Virus record (IMG/VR): IMGVR_UViG_3300042309_001504 | Location: 58,443-122,442 of that record | Length of the DNA stretch: 64,000 nt | Direction: 5' to 3' (one strand) | Source: a virus | In this document: positions 48,390 through 57,977 of the stretch, piece after piece | Layout: every line of letters begins with the position of its first letter | Numbering within the stretch: position 1 is the first letter of the stretch | Translations under genes and position numbers: made by a program | Notes under the pieces: generated by a model | The model's input: only the letters and a program-made list of their open reading frames with translations | The model's database searches: none | What the model was told of the DNA's origin: nothing

Positions 48390-48938
48390 TCACTTCTTTC
48401 TAATTAGCCAACTGCCATCCCTGAATAAATTCAAATCTTGGATAGAATAATGGTGTGTTAATAAAAAATTATTGACACTGCTCATTACATCGGGCCATTT
48501 ATTATTGTAATCATGACCAGTTAAAAATCCACCACTCTTAATTTTAGGATAATAGTTTTTAATATCTTGACTAATATGATCCATCTGATGATTACCATCT
48601 ATATAAACAACATCAAATGTTTCATCACTAAAATAGCCTTTACTATTATCTGATAATGAATTTATAATATTATATCTACAAGTTTTTATTTCCTGAGAAA
48701 ATTTTTGTTCTAAAATATTACAGGCATCCAATGAACACTCTACACAATATATCTTTTTAATTTGATGAAAACCTAACAATAGTGTTGATGATTCTCCCAA
48801 ATGAGATCCTATTTCTAGCCAAGATTCGATCTTAGGCTGAATAGTCAATATAAAATTAACTAGATCTAAAAATCCTATAACCTGATATATATTATTCTCT
48901 TCCCAGTGAGGAAAAAATCTAACAGACTTGAGATTCAT
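48390..48938 (-). CDS. Class I SAM methyltransferase (Methyltransf_24-like)
   Basis: LEIGSHLGES, FDVVYIDGNH, GGFLTGHDY. Confidence 0.85.
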   Translation of the reverse strand: MNLKSVRFFPHWEENNIYQVIGFLDLVNFILTIQPKIESWLEIGSHLGESSTLLLGFHQIKKIYCVECSLDACNILEQKFSQEIKTCRYNIINSLSDNSKGYFSDETFDVVYIDGNHQMDHISQDIKNYYPKIKSGGFLTGHDYNNKWPDVMSSVNNFLLTHHYSIQDLNLFRDGSWLIRKK

Positions 48939-49626
48939 TATTTTCTAAAACCCATGACCAGTATCTACTATCTTCCTTTTCTTGTAAAGCGTCCCAATAA
49001 ATTGATCGTGCAATATACGATGGAACATTCAACTTACCACAATTCACACTCCAATGCTGTTCCATACGCTTATATTTATCTGCACCGTTCCTACTTTTAT
49101 TATAGGTCAAATGCTCCATTCCATATAAACGCAATTGATGAACATCGCCACACAATACTCTACACTCATTAGGATGAATCATCTCCAGTGCAAAACTAAC
49201 TTTAGCCATACCAAGACCCATAATACGATTCACAATGGAATCACGCTTTTTAACATGATACTTTTTGGTAGTAAGATAAAAATCTTTCGGATTCTGCCAA
49301 AACTGTTGACTAAAGTTCCAAATATACTTGGTGCGATTATTATGCAATCCTACACCAGAGTTGGCAAGTTTATCTCTTAATTTTTCTTGATCATCAATCC
49401 ATTCATCAAAATTCTTAATGGCTTGATAACCAGAGCAATTACCTTTCCAAGTTGTATGAACAGAGCAGTAAGCAAATAAATAACGCCTAAAAATATCAGA
49501 GGTATTCTGTGGGCGTACACTTTCCCAGTATTCCTTATATGATACAGTCTTTTCTCTAGGAAAGTTTGCAAAAAATTCATCAGCCTTACTCCTACAATAT
49601 GTTGTTTTCTTTTCTGTAGTTTCCAT
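48919..49626 (-). CDS. HhH-family DNA glycosylase-like protein (OGG-type)
   Basis: HNNRTKYI, GLGMAKVSFAL (HhH), CGDVHQLR. Confidence 0.65.
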   Translation of the reverse strand: METTEKKTTYCRSKADEFFANFPREKTVSYKEYWESVRPQNTSDIFRRYLFAYCSVHTTWKGNCSGYQAIKNFDEWIDDQEKLRDKLANSGVGLHNNRTKYIWNFSQQFWQNPKDFYLTTKKYHVKKRDSIVNRIMGLGMAKVSFALEMIHPNECRVLCGDVHQLRLYGMEHLTYNKSRNGADKYKRMEQHWSVNCGKLNVPSYIARSIYWDALQEKEDSRYWSWVLENNESQVC

Positions 49627-49658
49627 GTTTGCTCCAATAGTGCTATGCCAATGTTTGA

Positions 49659-49687
49659 ATTATACGTTATCTAACTATCGTTGTCAA
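49659..49687 (-). promoter_or_regulatory. Consensus sigma70 promoter
   Basis: TTGACA-ACGATAGTTAGATAACG(17)-TATAAT. Confidence 0.9.
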
Positions 49688-49692
49688 GACCA

Positions 49693-49998
49693 TCATCTGT
49701 ATATCGGTTGGTAAACCCACTCTATTGAGGGCTGATAAATTATATAACTATATCTACAAAACAAACACCTTTTTTCTATTACAATTGGCTTGTTAATAGT
49801 ATAAGGAACCCAACCATAAGTTATGCTAACGGGTCTTAACATAGTAGAATAAGTTACAGATGGTATTAATGGAACCTCTACTACAGGTTGGGTTAAAACT
49901 GGTACGGGTGCTGGTATATAAGGAACCCATACATCATTAGCAAATGAAATATTTGTTAAAAAACATAATAGCAATCCTAGTGATAATTTACTTTTCAT
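49693..49998 (-). CDS. Secreted Pro/Val/Tyr-rich small protein
   Basis: Signal peptide ending SFA; two WVPY repeats. Confidence 0.6.
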   Translation of the reverse strand: MKSKLSLGLLLCFLTNISFANDVWVPYIPAPVPVLTQPVVEVPLIPSVTYSTMLRPVSITYGWVPYTINKPIVIEKRCLFCRYSYIIYQPSIEWVYQPIYR

Positions 49999-50015
49999 TT
50001 TTTAAATCTCCTTAT

Positions 50016-51323
50016 TTATATTGTTCGAGACAATCCATGTAAAACTTTAAAAGTTGGAAAACGCAAACTCAAACCACCATCTTGGTTCTTGCTTTCTTCA
50101 AAATACTGTACAGTTATAACTTTACCAAGAATTTTGTTAGGATTCTTGTAAAAATCTTGTCTTTGTTCAATACTAAAACCAGATCCTACACGAACATTGT
50201 AACCCTTATGTTTAATAGTAACACAACTAAGCATATTTTCTTCAGTTTCCTTACTATCTTTTACATATCGAAATGGTCCCATTTCTACATCTACCACTTC
50301 GTATTCATCGTCAAAAAAACTTTTAAACTTGAGAAGGTCTTTGCTTCGCTTGCCTTTATATGGTTCATCAGCACGAAGCATTAAACCCTCCCAACCATAT
50401 TCTTTTGCTTTTTCTATCCATTCAGCAAAATGCTCATCATCCGCAATAAATTCTTGATCCAGAACAGAGAGACATGGACATTCATTGTCTCTCATTTGAT
50501 AACATAAGCTTTTATAGCGATAAGAGTATGTATTGCTGGGATTTCCCTTCTTACTATAGAATTCATCATGACTAATCATATCAAAAATCTTATACGAAGG
50601 ATTTGAAATAGTATGATCCTTCTTTTTAAGTTGCTTCATAATTCCTTGAAAATCTTCATTACCATTATCATCAACAAGACACAACTCTCCATCAAAAACT
50701 ACATTAGTAATACCCAAAGCCTTAATCCCACCAGCAACAACACCAAGAGTATCAAATTCTTTTCCTGTACGGGAATAGAAAGTAGTGTCGCCATTACTAT
50801 CAACAATAGCGATACATCTAGCCCCGTCAATTTTGCGACTAACATACCATCCATCCTTCCAATCTACAATATTTGGATCATATTTATCTGCCAAAGCAAC
50901 ACTAAACTCTGGAATATGGTCAGGAATAGCCTTATTAATAATCTTATCACCAGCACGGGTTTTCAAATCTTTATCAATGATACAATGAATGAGTTCATCA
51001 AAATATGGATAACTATCAATAAAGGTATTTACTGCACCAATAGCATCGTGACCAGTAATCTTACGACTCTTTAGATCATCAAGCAAAACGAAGAAATTCT
51101 TATATTCTTTTCCGCGAAGTTTAGATTTCTTCTTGAGATTATCACTTGTGACATTATACTGCCAAAGAGGATGATAGGTGTAAAGAAGAATCTTCTTGGC
51201 AAAATTTGCAGCCTCAGAACTATGATTACAATAGTCCTCAATAATACCCACCTTATCAATAGTACTACTTGTGGCCCTAAGATCACGAACCATTCCCAAA
51301 ACATAATTAAAATCGTGAGTCAT
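50016..51323 (-). CDS. ATP-dependent DNA ligase
   Basis: KIDGARC, FDGEL, IFD, WEGLMLR, LLKFK, VGSGFS, LRFPTF. Confidence 0.95.
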   Translation of the reverse strand: MTHDFNYVLGMVRDLRATSSTIDKVGIIEDYCNHSSEAANFAKKILLYTYHPLWQYNVTSDNLKKKSKLRGKEYKNFFVLLDDLKSRKITGHDAIGAVNTFIDSYPYFDELIHCIIDKDLKTRAGDKIINKAIPDHIPEFSVALADKYDPNIVDWKDGWYVSRKIDGARCIAIVDSNGDTTFYSRTGKEFDTLGVVAGGIKALGITNVVFDGELCLVDDNGNEDFQGIMKQLKKKDHTISNPSYKIFDMISHDEFYSKKGNPSNTYSYRYKSLCYQMRDNECPCLSVLDQEFIADDEHFAEWIEKAKEYGWEGLMLRADEPYKGKRSKDLLKFKSFFDDEYEVVDVEMGPFRYVKDSKETEENMLSCVTIKHKGYNVRVGSGFSIEQRQDFYKNPNKILGKVITVQYFEESKNQDGGLSLRFPTFKVLHGLSRTI

Positions 51324-51347
51324 TTAAAAAATCTCCTGTGTCCTACT

Positions 51348-51376
51348 ACTATACCACAGTATCGGCATCCTGTCAA
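51348..51376 (-). promoter_or_regulatory. Sigma70 promoter with extended -10
   Basis: TTGACA-GGATGCCGATACTGTGG(17)-TATAGT. Confidence 0.85.
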
Positions 51377-51383
51377 CGAGTCT

Positions 51384-52205
51384 TTAAAGATTGTACTCGT
51401 AATCAATTAATTTTATATCATTTAAATAATCGTCTAAATTAGAGATACTTTTAATGTGAGCGTCAGGATCGAAAGTTTGTTTTAAAAAAGTTTCTGTATC
51501 TTTAAGAATAAAATTTGGTAATATTTTTTGTATGTATTGTTTTTTATCTAATAAATTTAATGAATGTAAATCTTCATAACATATTTTAATATAGTCTTTA
51601 TTTTTTCTGTTAAGAATATTTATTGTTTTTTCTAAATTAGAAACTATATTATATTTATATTGTAAAAATTCTATTTTATTCCAGATTACTTGAGTATCCA
51701 AAAGTTTAAAATTATTATCTAATGTATTTGACCACTGATCGTCTATGATTGCTTTTTTTAAGCTTATATAAGAATGTACTAGATTTTTTCTATAATTAAC
51801 AATAATAATATCACAAGAATCTATTATCTTTTCCAAAGGAATATCTGTAGTTTCATGCTCAAAAAAAAATTTAAATATAAAGTTTTTGTTTAATTTATAG
51901 GCTTGTCTTTTAAAAGCGTCTAGCAAATCCATACTATAGATTTTTTTATTCCTATAAAATATAGATAAATTATTATGTATTTCTCTATTTATCCAAAAAT
52001 TATTCCTATCATATATTTGATTGAAAGTTTTAATAATATCATCTTCTATATTTGAAACTACTAATAGATCAGAAATTTTTCTAAAAAATTCTAAATAATC
52101 ACGACAAAATAATTCCGCCATGTATAAAGAATTATTGCCATATAATATATCTCCGAGCCAATTAGATCCAGTTCTAGGATATGTGATTATACCAAGGGTT
52201 TTCAT
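51384..52205 (-). CDS. Sulfotransferase (Stf0-like)
   Basis: PRTGSNWL, ELF, YRKNLVHSYIS, YEDL. Confidence 0.75.
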   Translation of the reverse strand: MKTLGIITYPRTGSNWLGDILYGNNSLYMAELFCRDYLEFFRKISDLLVVSNIEDDIIKTFNQIYDRNNFWINREIHNNLSIFYRNKKIYSMDLLDAFKRQAYKLNKNFIFKFFFEHETTDIPLEKIIDSCDIIIVNYRKNLVHSYISLKKAIIDDQWSNTLDNNFKLLDTQVIWNKIEFLQYKYNIVSNLEKTINILNRKNKDYIKICYEDLHSLNLLDKKQYIQKILPNFILKDTETFLKQTFDPDAHIKSISNLDDYLNDIKLIDYEYNL

Positions 52206-52402
52206 TTTGAAAAAACTTTATTAAGTTTTTTAATAAGATTAGATCCTGTATCCTGAAAAAAACATGGTAGTATAGCATGTACTAATAGATATAATCCAGA
52301 TAATAGTGCAATAAAACCATATGTTGATGCAAAAAACATATGCTCAAAATATGTCATATTATTTTCTTTTAAATGTCTATTCCATTTTTTTATTAATTGC
52401 AT
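52202..52402 (-). CDS. Small membrane protein (DUF6356-like)
   Basis: HLKENNMTYFEHM...LVHAILPCFF. Confidence 0.7.
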   Translation of the reverse strand: MQLIKKWNRHLKENNMTYFEHMFFASTYGFIALLSGLYLLVHAILPCFFQDTGSNLIKKLNKVFSK

Positions 52403-52751
52403 CTTGTTTTCTTCTATTTTTAGACATTATCAAATAGTTGGCAGCCTTAATAATACCTTCTAAGTTATCTCCTAGTTTTCCTATCCCGGTATTACACCTA
52501 TCGCATGTCCAGCCCCTAAAACTATGATCATCATGATCGTGGTCTAATCTCCATTCCGATGGAATCTTACCACAACATTCGCAATGTAATGGCTTTGGCG
52601 GTGCTAATTTATGTAATTTATGTCTAATCTTAGCGTGTTTTTTAACACAAGATCGACATCTCTTATCTAGATTATCTTTAAAATGACAATGCTTAGGAAA
52701 AGATTTTCTATTTTTCCTTTTGCCACAATATGTGCAAATTTTTCTAAGCAT
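52377..52751 (-). CDS. Endonuclease VII domain protein
   Basis: CECCG, LDHDH, RGWTCDRCNTGIG. Confidence 0.88.
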   Translation of the reverse strand: MLRKICTYCGKRKNRKSFPKHCHFKDNLDKRCRSCVKKHAKIRHKLHKLAPPKPLHCECCGKIPSEWRLDHDHDDHSFRGWTCDRCNTGIGKLGDNLEGIIKAANYLIMSKNRRKQDAINKKME

Positions 52752-53983
52752 TATACTAATTCTCTAATAATTTTACCATTATTAGCAATTTTTATTGGTC
52801 GTCCGTTCTTTGAAGTAAATGTGGTTTCCAAAGATATATCTAAACTTTTTAATATTGTTGCCATTAAATCTTCGGATGAATACGGTTCTGTGATAATCTT
52901 TTTTCCATCCTCATCTGTTTCTCCTACTATTATTCCTTTTGTTAATTTACCTCCACCAACAACAGCACTCCAACTTCTTGCCCAATGATCTCTGCCAGCA
53001 TTTTTATTAATATCTGGAGTTCTACCAAACTCTCCCATCCATATTATGGATGTAGTATCTAATAGACCTCTAGTATCTAGATCCTCTATTAAGGCACTCA
53101 TGCTTGTATCCATTTGAGATAATTTTTCTGGTAGAGTTTTGAAAATATCCATATGATTATCCCATCCACCAAAATCAACTTCAATAAATGGAACCCCTAT
53201 TTCGGCTAATCTTCTAGCCATCAAGCATCCTCTACCAAATGAAGTATTACCATATCGTTCACGAATATTTTGTGGTTCTTTATTTATATTAAAGACTTGA
53301 GTATGTGGACCAAACATTAAATCAACAGTTTTATTTAGCATTTTAGCATGATCGCCTGCTAATTCTCCACGTTTTTCCTGAATGAATTTATTCTCTACTA
53401 CAGATAGAAACTCTAATCTTTTTTGTATGGTTTGATAGTCTGCAACTGATTGTAAATTTCTAATCGTTCCATTGTAATCAACAACCAGTGGTGAATATGT
53501 AGCACCTAAAAAGCCGGGACCAATACTTGCTCCACCTATACTAATAAAAGGAGGTATTCCTATCTGATTAGTAGTATCCTTTAATAGTTCATGAGATATA
53601 ACAGATCCATAACTTGGATAATCTATGTTTGGATTTGGCACAAATCCAGTGTGCATATAATATCTACCTCTACCATGATCTGCTTCTCTAGTACTCATAC
53701 TACGAATAATACTAAGATTATTCATTTGTTTAGACAACAATGGTAGATGTTCACATATTTGTATTCCATCAGCATTAGTATTGATTGGCTTAAATGGTCC
53801 ACCAGTACTACTATTTGGTTTTAAATCCCAAATATCTATTGTGCTAGGTCCACCACTCATCCACAATAGTATTGTGCTTTTATTTTCTTTTTTAATTTTT
53901 TGTGCATTTGCTAATATAGCACTCTGTAAAAATAAAGATGATGGTACACTTACTGCATGACGTATAAAATGTCTTCTATTCAT
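52751..53983 (-). CDS. DUF1501 protein with Tat-like signal (planctomycete-type)
   Basis: MNRRHFI, LWMSGGPSTIDIWDLKP, GCLMARRL, GWDNH, GEFGRTP, GRDHW. Confidence 0.92.
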   Translation of the reverse strand: MNRRHFIRHAVSVPSSLFLQSAILANAQKIKKENKSTILLWMSGGPSTIDIWDLKPNSSTGGPFKPINTNADGIQICEHLPLLSKQMNNLSIIRSMSTREADHGRGRYYMHTGFVPNPNIDYPSYGSVISHELLKDTTNQIGIPPFISIGGASIGPGFLGATYSPLVVDYNGTIRNLQSVADYQTIQKRLEFLSVVENKFIQEKRGELAGDHAKMLNKTVDLMFGPHTQVFNINKEPQNIRERYGNTSFGRGCLMARRLAEIGVPFIEVDFGGWDNHMDIFKTLPEKLSQMDTSMSALIEDLDTRGLLDTTSIIWMGEFGRTPDINKNAGRDHWARSWSAVVGGGKLTKGIIVGETDEDGKKIITEPYSSEDLMATILKSLDISLETTFTSKNGRPIKIANNGKIIRELV

Positions 53984-54001
53984 AGTAGTACTTTCTATTA
54001 G

Positions 54002-54351
54002 TGGACATGGCGGGAATCGAACCCGCGTCCTAGCATTACTTTATTATACCTTCTACAAGTTTATTTTGTTCATAAATTTTCAGAAAGACTAAAGAACAAA
54101 CAACATTCATCTTTCCGTACCAACTAGTCTCAGGCTAGAACCCGTTGGCTATTCTAGCAGCCGAAGGATTTTACGACAGTTTTTTGGACGCTACCTTCAT
54201 CGCTTCCTAAAACTGTTGCCGCTTAATTAAGCAGCAAGGGCTAACTGATTTGTGCCAGTTAAAGCATTTAATCGACTTTTAAAGTGGCCTGTCGATCAAC
54301 CACTACTTGCTTATATAACTCCATAAATGTAGTCGAAACCTTTACATGCCC
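54002..54351 (-). ncRNA. ssrA: tmRNA; tag peptide (A)GTNQLALAA
   Basis: 5' GGGCATGTAAAGGTTTCGAC; 3' GACGCGGGTTCGATTCCCGCCATGTCCA with G3-U70 pair; tag frame 54256-54227 follows TAACT. Confidence 0.93.
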
Positions 54352-54515
54352 GTAATTTTTAATGACTCACTTTCTTTATCTGGATAAACAAATATTATAA
54401 TGGGTTTTTTTCTACATGATTCCAACTCTATATTTCTTTTTATCACTAATATATTAAATCCAATAGATGCAATTAATAATCCAATCAAAATAACATTTAT
54501 TGGATGAATTTTCAT
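54342..54515 (-). CDS. Small membrane protein whose stop lies inside the tmRNA 5' end
   Basis: Not in the ORF track: 57 aa, MKIHPINVILIGLLIASIGFNILVI...; ATGA-coupled to the upstream gene. Confidence 0.55.
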   Translation of the reverse strand: MKIHPINVILIGLLIASIGFNILVIKRNIELESCRKKPIIIFVYPDKESESLKITGM

Positions 54516-55048
54516 TGATATATTTCAATTAAATTTCTGTAATAACTCATTATTATTCCGCTGGTAGTTCCAACATTTAATGATCTAACACTACCATAGC
54601 ATGGTAATGTTATGATAGTATCGCAATTATTCAATACAAAATTTGATAATCCATTATTTTCTGAACCAAAAACAAAAATAGGATTTTCAAAAGGATTACG
54701 AATAGTATATAGGTCAAAAGTTTTATATTGATATTCAGGAATATTATTTTCTACACCAATGATAGTATGAGAATATTTATATTTCTCTATAAATTGCATT
54801 TCAGATGGAATATGTTCAATATTTGTATATTTATATGTGCCAACTGCTGATCTTTTATCCCATTTTTTTGTTGCAGAAACATGGAGGCACTTTTTATATC
54901 CGAAAAAATTAGCATTTCTTACAAGAGTACCGAAATTAAAATCGCCCTCGATATTAATCATCGCAATTGAACTATCAATAGAACTATTATCACAATAGTT
55001 TTTTATATCATCAACAGATAAATCTTTAAGTTTGTCTATTACATTCAT
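54512..55048 (-). CDS. SpoU/TrmH-family RNA methyltransferase
   Basis: NFGTLVRNA, FVFGSENNGL, GSVRSLNV. Confidence 0.9.
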   Translation of the reverse strand: MNVIDKLKDLSVDDIKNYCDNSSIDSSIAMINIEGDFNFGTLVRNANFFGYKKCLHVSATKKWDKRSAVGTYKYTNIEHIPSEMQFIEKYKYSHTIIGVENNIPEYQYKTFDLYTIRNPFENPIFVFGSENNGLSNFVLNNCDTIITLPCYGSVRSLNVGTTSGIIMSYYRNLIEIYQ

Positions 55049-55253
55049 TATTAATATAGTTTTCTATTAGTTTTTGACATTCTTCTAAACGAATATACAT
55101 TTCTTGACACTTTTTGCATATCTCGGAATCAACATACTCTTTTATAGAATCTAGTTCTTGTTTTAATTCAACAATTATCGAATAGTTATTCATATTTGTT
55201 CTCGCTATTAGGAACAGAAAAAACCATACGATTTTCTTCGCTATCCCAAGCAC
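55026..55253 (-). CDS. Small hypothetical protein
   Basis: Likely start MNNYSI; CKKC motif. Confidence 0.45.
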   Translation of the reverse strand: MLGIAKKIVWFFLFLIARTNMNNYSIIVELKQELDSIKEYVDSEICKKCQEMYIRLEECQKLIENYINNECNRQT

Positions 55254-55542
55254 AGTCTATTTGATTATCTGATGCTAATTTTGCTAGTCCAATACCAAAT
55301 ATCCAATTACAAATACTATCAAATGCAGACTCATGACCATCTTTATCTAGAATAAGATTATTCTCATCATCGTAGCCATTACAATTTTCTATAATTAGAC
55401 TTTTGGTTTCATTTAAGGAGATATAAGTATCCAAATTTTCATTGGAATAATTCTCATTAATATGACAAGCCGCCAGTTGTCTCATCTCATGGGCGTAACC
55501 ATCAAGATTATTAATAGTATAAACTTCCATTTTATGCTCCAA
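55186..55542 (-). CDS. Hypothetical protein
   Basis: LAKLASDNQIDCAWDSEENRMVF, similar to the C-terminus of 39583..39996. Confidence 0.6.
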   Translation of the reverse strand: MEHKMEVYTINNLDGYAHEMRQLAACHINENYSNENLDTYISLNETKSLIIENCNGYDDENNLILDKDGHESAFDSICNWIFGIGLAKLASDNQIDCAWDSEENRMVFSVPNSENKYE

Positions 55543-55548
55543 TTTAAA

Positions 55549-55824
55549 TTAATATATATATTTCTTTATGCTGTTAGATGATTTATTATCCAATATTTTA
55601 TCATTTAAATTATCTATAGTATTTTGTAAGGTGTACTGTCCTCTTGGTAACCAATTTGAATCGTTAATAAGAGCCGTAACAATCTGAGGAACATAATGAG
55701 AATGTGCCAGATAATATTCTTTTTCGCACTCTTTGTTTTGTTGTAAAATGCTCTCAATAGATTCTAAGCATTTAAGAATTTGATTTCTATAATCACACAA
55801 TTCTTGTATAGTATTTTGATTCAT
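55549..55824 (-). CDS. Hypothetical protein
   Basis: 91 aa, ATGA-coupled. Confidence 0.55.
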   Translation of the reverse strand: MNQNTIQELCDYRNQILKCLESIESILQQNKECEKEYYLAHSHYVPQIVTALINDSNWLPRGQYTLQNTIDNLNDKILDNKSSNSIKKYIY

Positions 55825-56225
55825 ACTTCTTCTTTCTTTTTAATTTTAAGTAGAGTATGTGGAGTTTTTCTTAAACCAGTATTTTTATCATGATAAGTTG
55901 GTCCCATATAAATGTGACAATAACCACCATCTTTTTCCGTACTCCATGCTAGGATACCCTTATCATCAACTCCCTGTACACTAAATCTTCCACGGTAGCC
56001 CATAGGAACATATTCACCGTCATTATTCATAAAGTATGGACCGCCATTAACCTTAATTAAATCGCCACGAACCAGTTGGTGCCAATCAAAATCTCGTATT
56101 ACTCTATTTTTTCTACCCTTGTTTTTGATTTTTAATACAAATGGAGTATTACACTTTGGGCAAATATACGCACGGGGACCAGTGCAAAAACCGCACGATG
56201 AGCATGACTTACAGCCTTTTGGCAT
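55821..56225 (-). CDS. Zn-ribbon protein
   Basis: MPKGCKSCSSCG...GPRAYICPKC; start moved using the AAGGAG RBS and promoter. Confidence 0.7.
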   Translation of the reverse strand: MPKGCKSCSSCGFCTGPRAYICPKCNTPFVLKIKNKGRKNRVIRDFDWHQLVRGDLIKVNGGPYFMNNDGEYVPMGYRGRFSVQGVDDKGILAWSTEKDGGYCHIYMGPTYHDKNTGLRKTPHTLLKIKKKEEV

Positions 56226-56259
56226 AACAAATTCTCCTTTGGTTACCGAATCATCTTCA

Positions 56260-56287
56260 AGTATATCACACTTATCGGCTTTGTCAA
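56260..56287 (-). promoter_or_regulatory. Sigma70-type promoter
   Basis: TTGACA-AAGCCGATAAGTGTGA(16)-TATACT. Confidence 0.8.
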
Positions 56288-56290
56288 CCA

Positions 56291-56539
56291 CTAGCCTTTA
56301 GTTTTTTGTTTTGCGTTGTTTTGACTAGAGAAATCTATATATTTTCTATTATCTGTAGTAAATAAACTATAATGATCACTGTTTATGGTGAGTTCTAGTT
56401 CTTCGCACAATATTCGATAGTCGCTAAAACTTTTGTCTTTATTATAAACTCTGAATACAAAATCTTGAGCTTTAGTATTCCATATTAAAAAACCTTTTGT
56501 TCCACTAGCATTTTTTTCATTAATCATTTTATTTTCCAT
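56291..56539 (-). CDS. Hypothetical phage protein
   Basis: KGFLIW...FVFRVY...FSDY. Confidence 0.6.
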   Translation of the reverse strand: MENKMINEKNASGTKGFLIWNTKAQDFVFRVYNKDKSFSDYRILCEELELTINSDHYSLFTTDNRKYIDFSSQNNAKQKTKG

Positions 56540-56646
56540 CTAAAGGATAATAACTATTTAAATTAGCATCACAATTTAAGAATGAATATCTTCTTTCTTT
56601 CAGATACTTTATAGTACTTTTAAAGCATGATTCACATAAATGTATT

Positions 56647-57372
56647 TCATATCCATAAATGACTCCTAATATTAATTAGTTCAATTAACTTATCAGTATC
56701 TTCTCTATCATAACTTCTTTCCATCTCATCTATCAAACGATAGTAATGTTTACCATGAGTTGTTTTTGTGATAATATCATAAGGATCATCTCGATTGGGT
56801 CTAGTTTTAGTCCACCACTCATACAATGCTCGTATCTTAATTGATGCTTCTGCTTGTGGAGTCAATTTATTATAATCTGGATCATTAGGATCGCATCCAT
56901 AGTCTTCTTCATTAAATCTTAAATTACTTGCCCACTCAAAATAATCGTATGCTGCCTCAACAGATCGGCCATTTTTAAAAGTATACTTTTTATTTCGATC
57001 CCATTTGCTTAGGTGAGACAGTTCTTTCTCTACAAATTCTACTAATTCATTAAATAAGCCGTGAAGAATTCGGGTATCAAGATCGTACCATTGTCCTTTT
57101 TTTAGATCTGTTTTTAGATTGTGTGTTTGTGTTATATATCTATTACGAACATAGCATTTTATACTATAACAAAGATCAGATGGATAACAAACTAGATTTT
57201 GTAATTTGTGTAGTAATGTGTCGCTCATCCAATATCTCCACGGTCTTTCTCTTTTTTGTTTGTTTCTCCAACTTTCCCAATCCTCTAAAGGTAGAGCAAA
57301 TGGTTTCCTTTCTCCCCTAATCCAATCTGCAATTTTAGAGCAACTCCAGTATTTGATTCGGCTTCTTATCAT
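56647..57372 (-). CDS. Hypothetical phage protein
   Basis: YWSCSKIADWIRG...GQWYDLDTRILHGLFNEL...IRSHLW. Confidence 0.7.
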   Translation of the reverse strand: MIRSRIKYWSCSKIADWIRGERKPFALPLEDWESWRNKQKRERPWRYWMSDTLLHKLQNLVCYPSDLCYSIKCYVRNRYITQTHNLKTDLKKGQWYDLDTRILHGLFNELVEFVEKELSHLSKWDRNKKYTFKNGRSVEAAYDYFEWASNLRFNEEDYGCDPNDPDYNKLTPQAEASIKIRALYEWWTKTRPNRDDPYDIITKTTHGKHYYRLIDEMERSYDREDTDKLIELINIRSHLWI

Positions 57373-57376
57373 TATT

Positions 57377-57640
57377 TCATTCCTTCTCTGCTTCCATTAT
57401 AATATCTATATTCCATCCTATTGGAGCAAAATATTCTGAACCGGAAACTCTAAGATTACCACTAGTATTAGGATATATTTTTGGTTTTTGATGTAAACTT
57501 GTGATACTTATAATTTGTTCATGGCCGTCTGGTCTAGTAACTTTAATCTTGTGATTATAAGTTTCACAACCAACCAAGCATACTAATAAACAAATTATTG
57601 ATAATAGTTTATTTTTGAATCTTATTACTGATATATCCAT
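57377..57640 (-). CDS. Putative lipoprotein
   Basis: Hydrophobic stretch ending in an LVGC lipobox. Confidence 0.5.
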   Translation of the reverse strand: MDISVIRFKNKLLSIICLLVCLVGCETYNHKIKVTRPDGHEQIISITSLHQKPKIYPNTSGNLRVSGSEYFAPIGWNIDIIMEAEKE

Positions 57641-57764
57641 AAACTTCTTCCACAGTTTTATTTTGTATTTTCATATTGGTTGTGTTCCATATAGTTTTTC
57701 AACTAGCCAAACAGACTTATCTCCACTAAAATTCATATCAACACTTTTTCGTTCATCATAATTT

Positions 57765-57977
57765 TCAAAGATTTTGTTCATTTAGATTTCTCAAAGTATC
57801 AGTAATAGTAAATAAAGTATCAGATGAGAACTCAGTTTCTATTGGCACAAAAACCCATTCGTCTTTTAAAATAAAATATCCGTATTCACATTTGTAAACT
57901 TTGTCGCTCAAAGTAAAAACATGGGGGCCATTACATTTATATGGATTAATACAATTAGGACAAACTGTTTCTTTCAT
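57765..57977 (-). CDS. Small hypothetical protein
   Basis: CPNC...CNGPH; ATGA-coupled. Confidence 0.55.
   Translation of the reverse strand: MKETVCPNCINPYKCNGPHVFTLSDKVYKCEYGYFILKDEWVFVPIETEFSSDTLFTITDTLRNLNEQNL

Noticed and set aside
52751-54351. tmRNA as a prophage attachment site, with host DNA on one side
   Set aside because: Phage-like genes, strand bias and composition continue on both sides, and no duplicated tmRNA 3' end was seen
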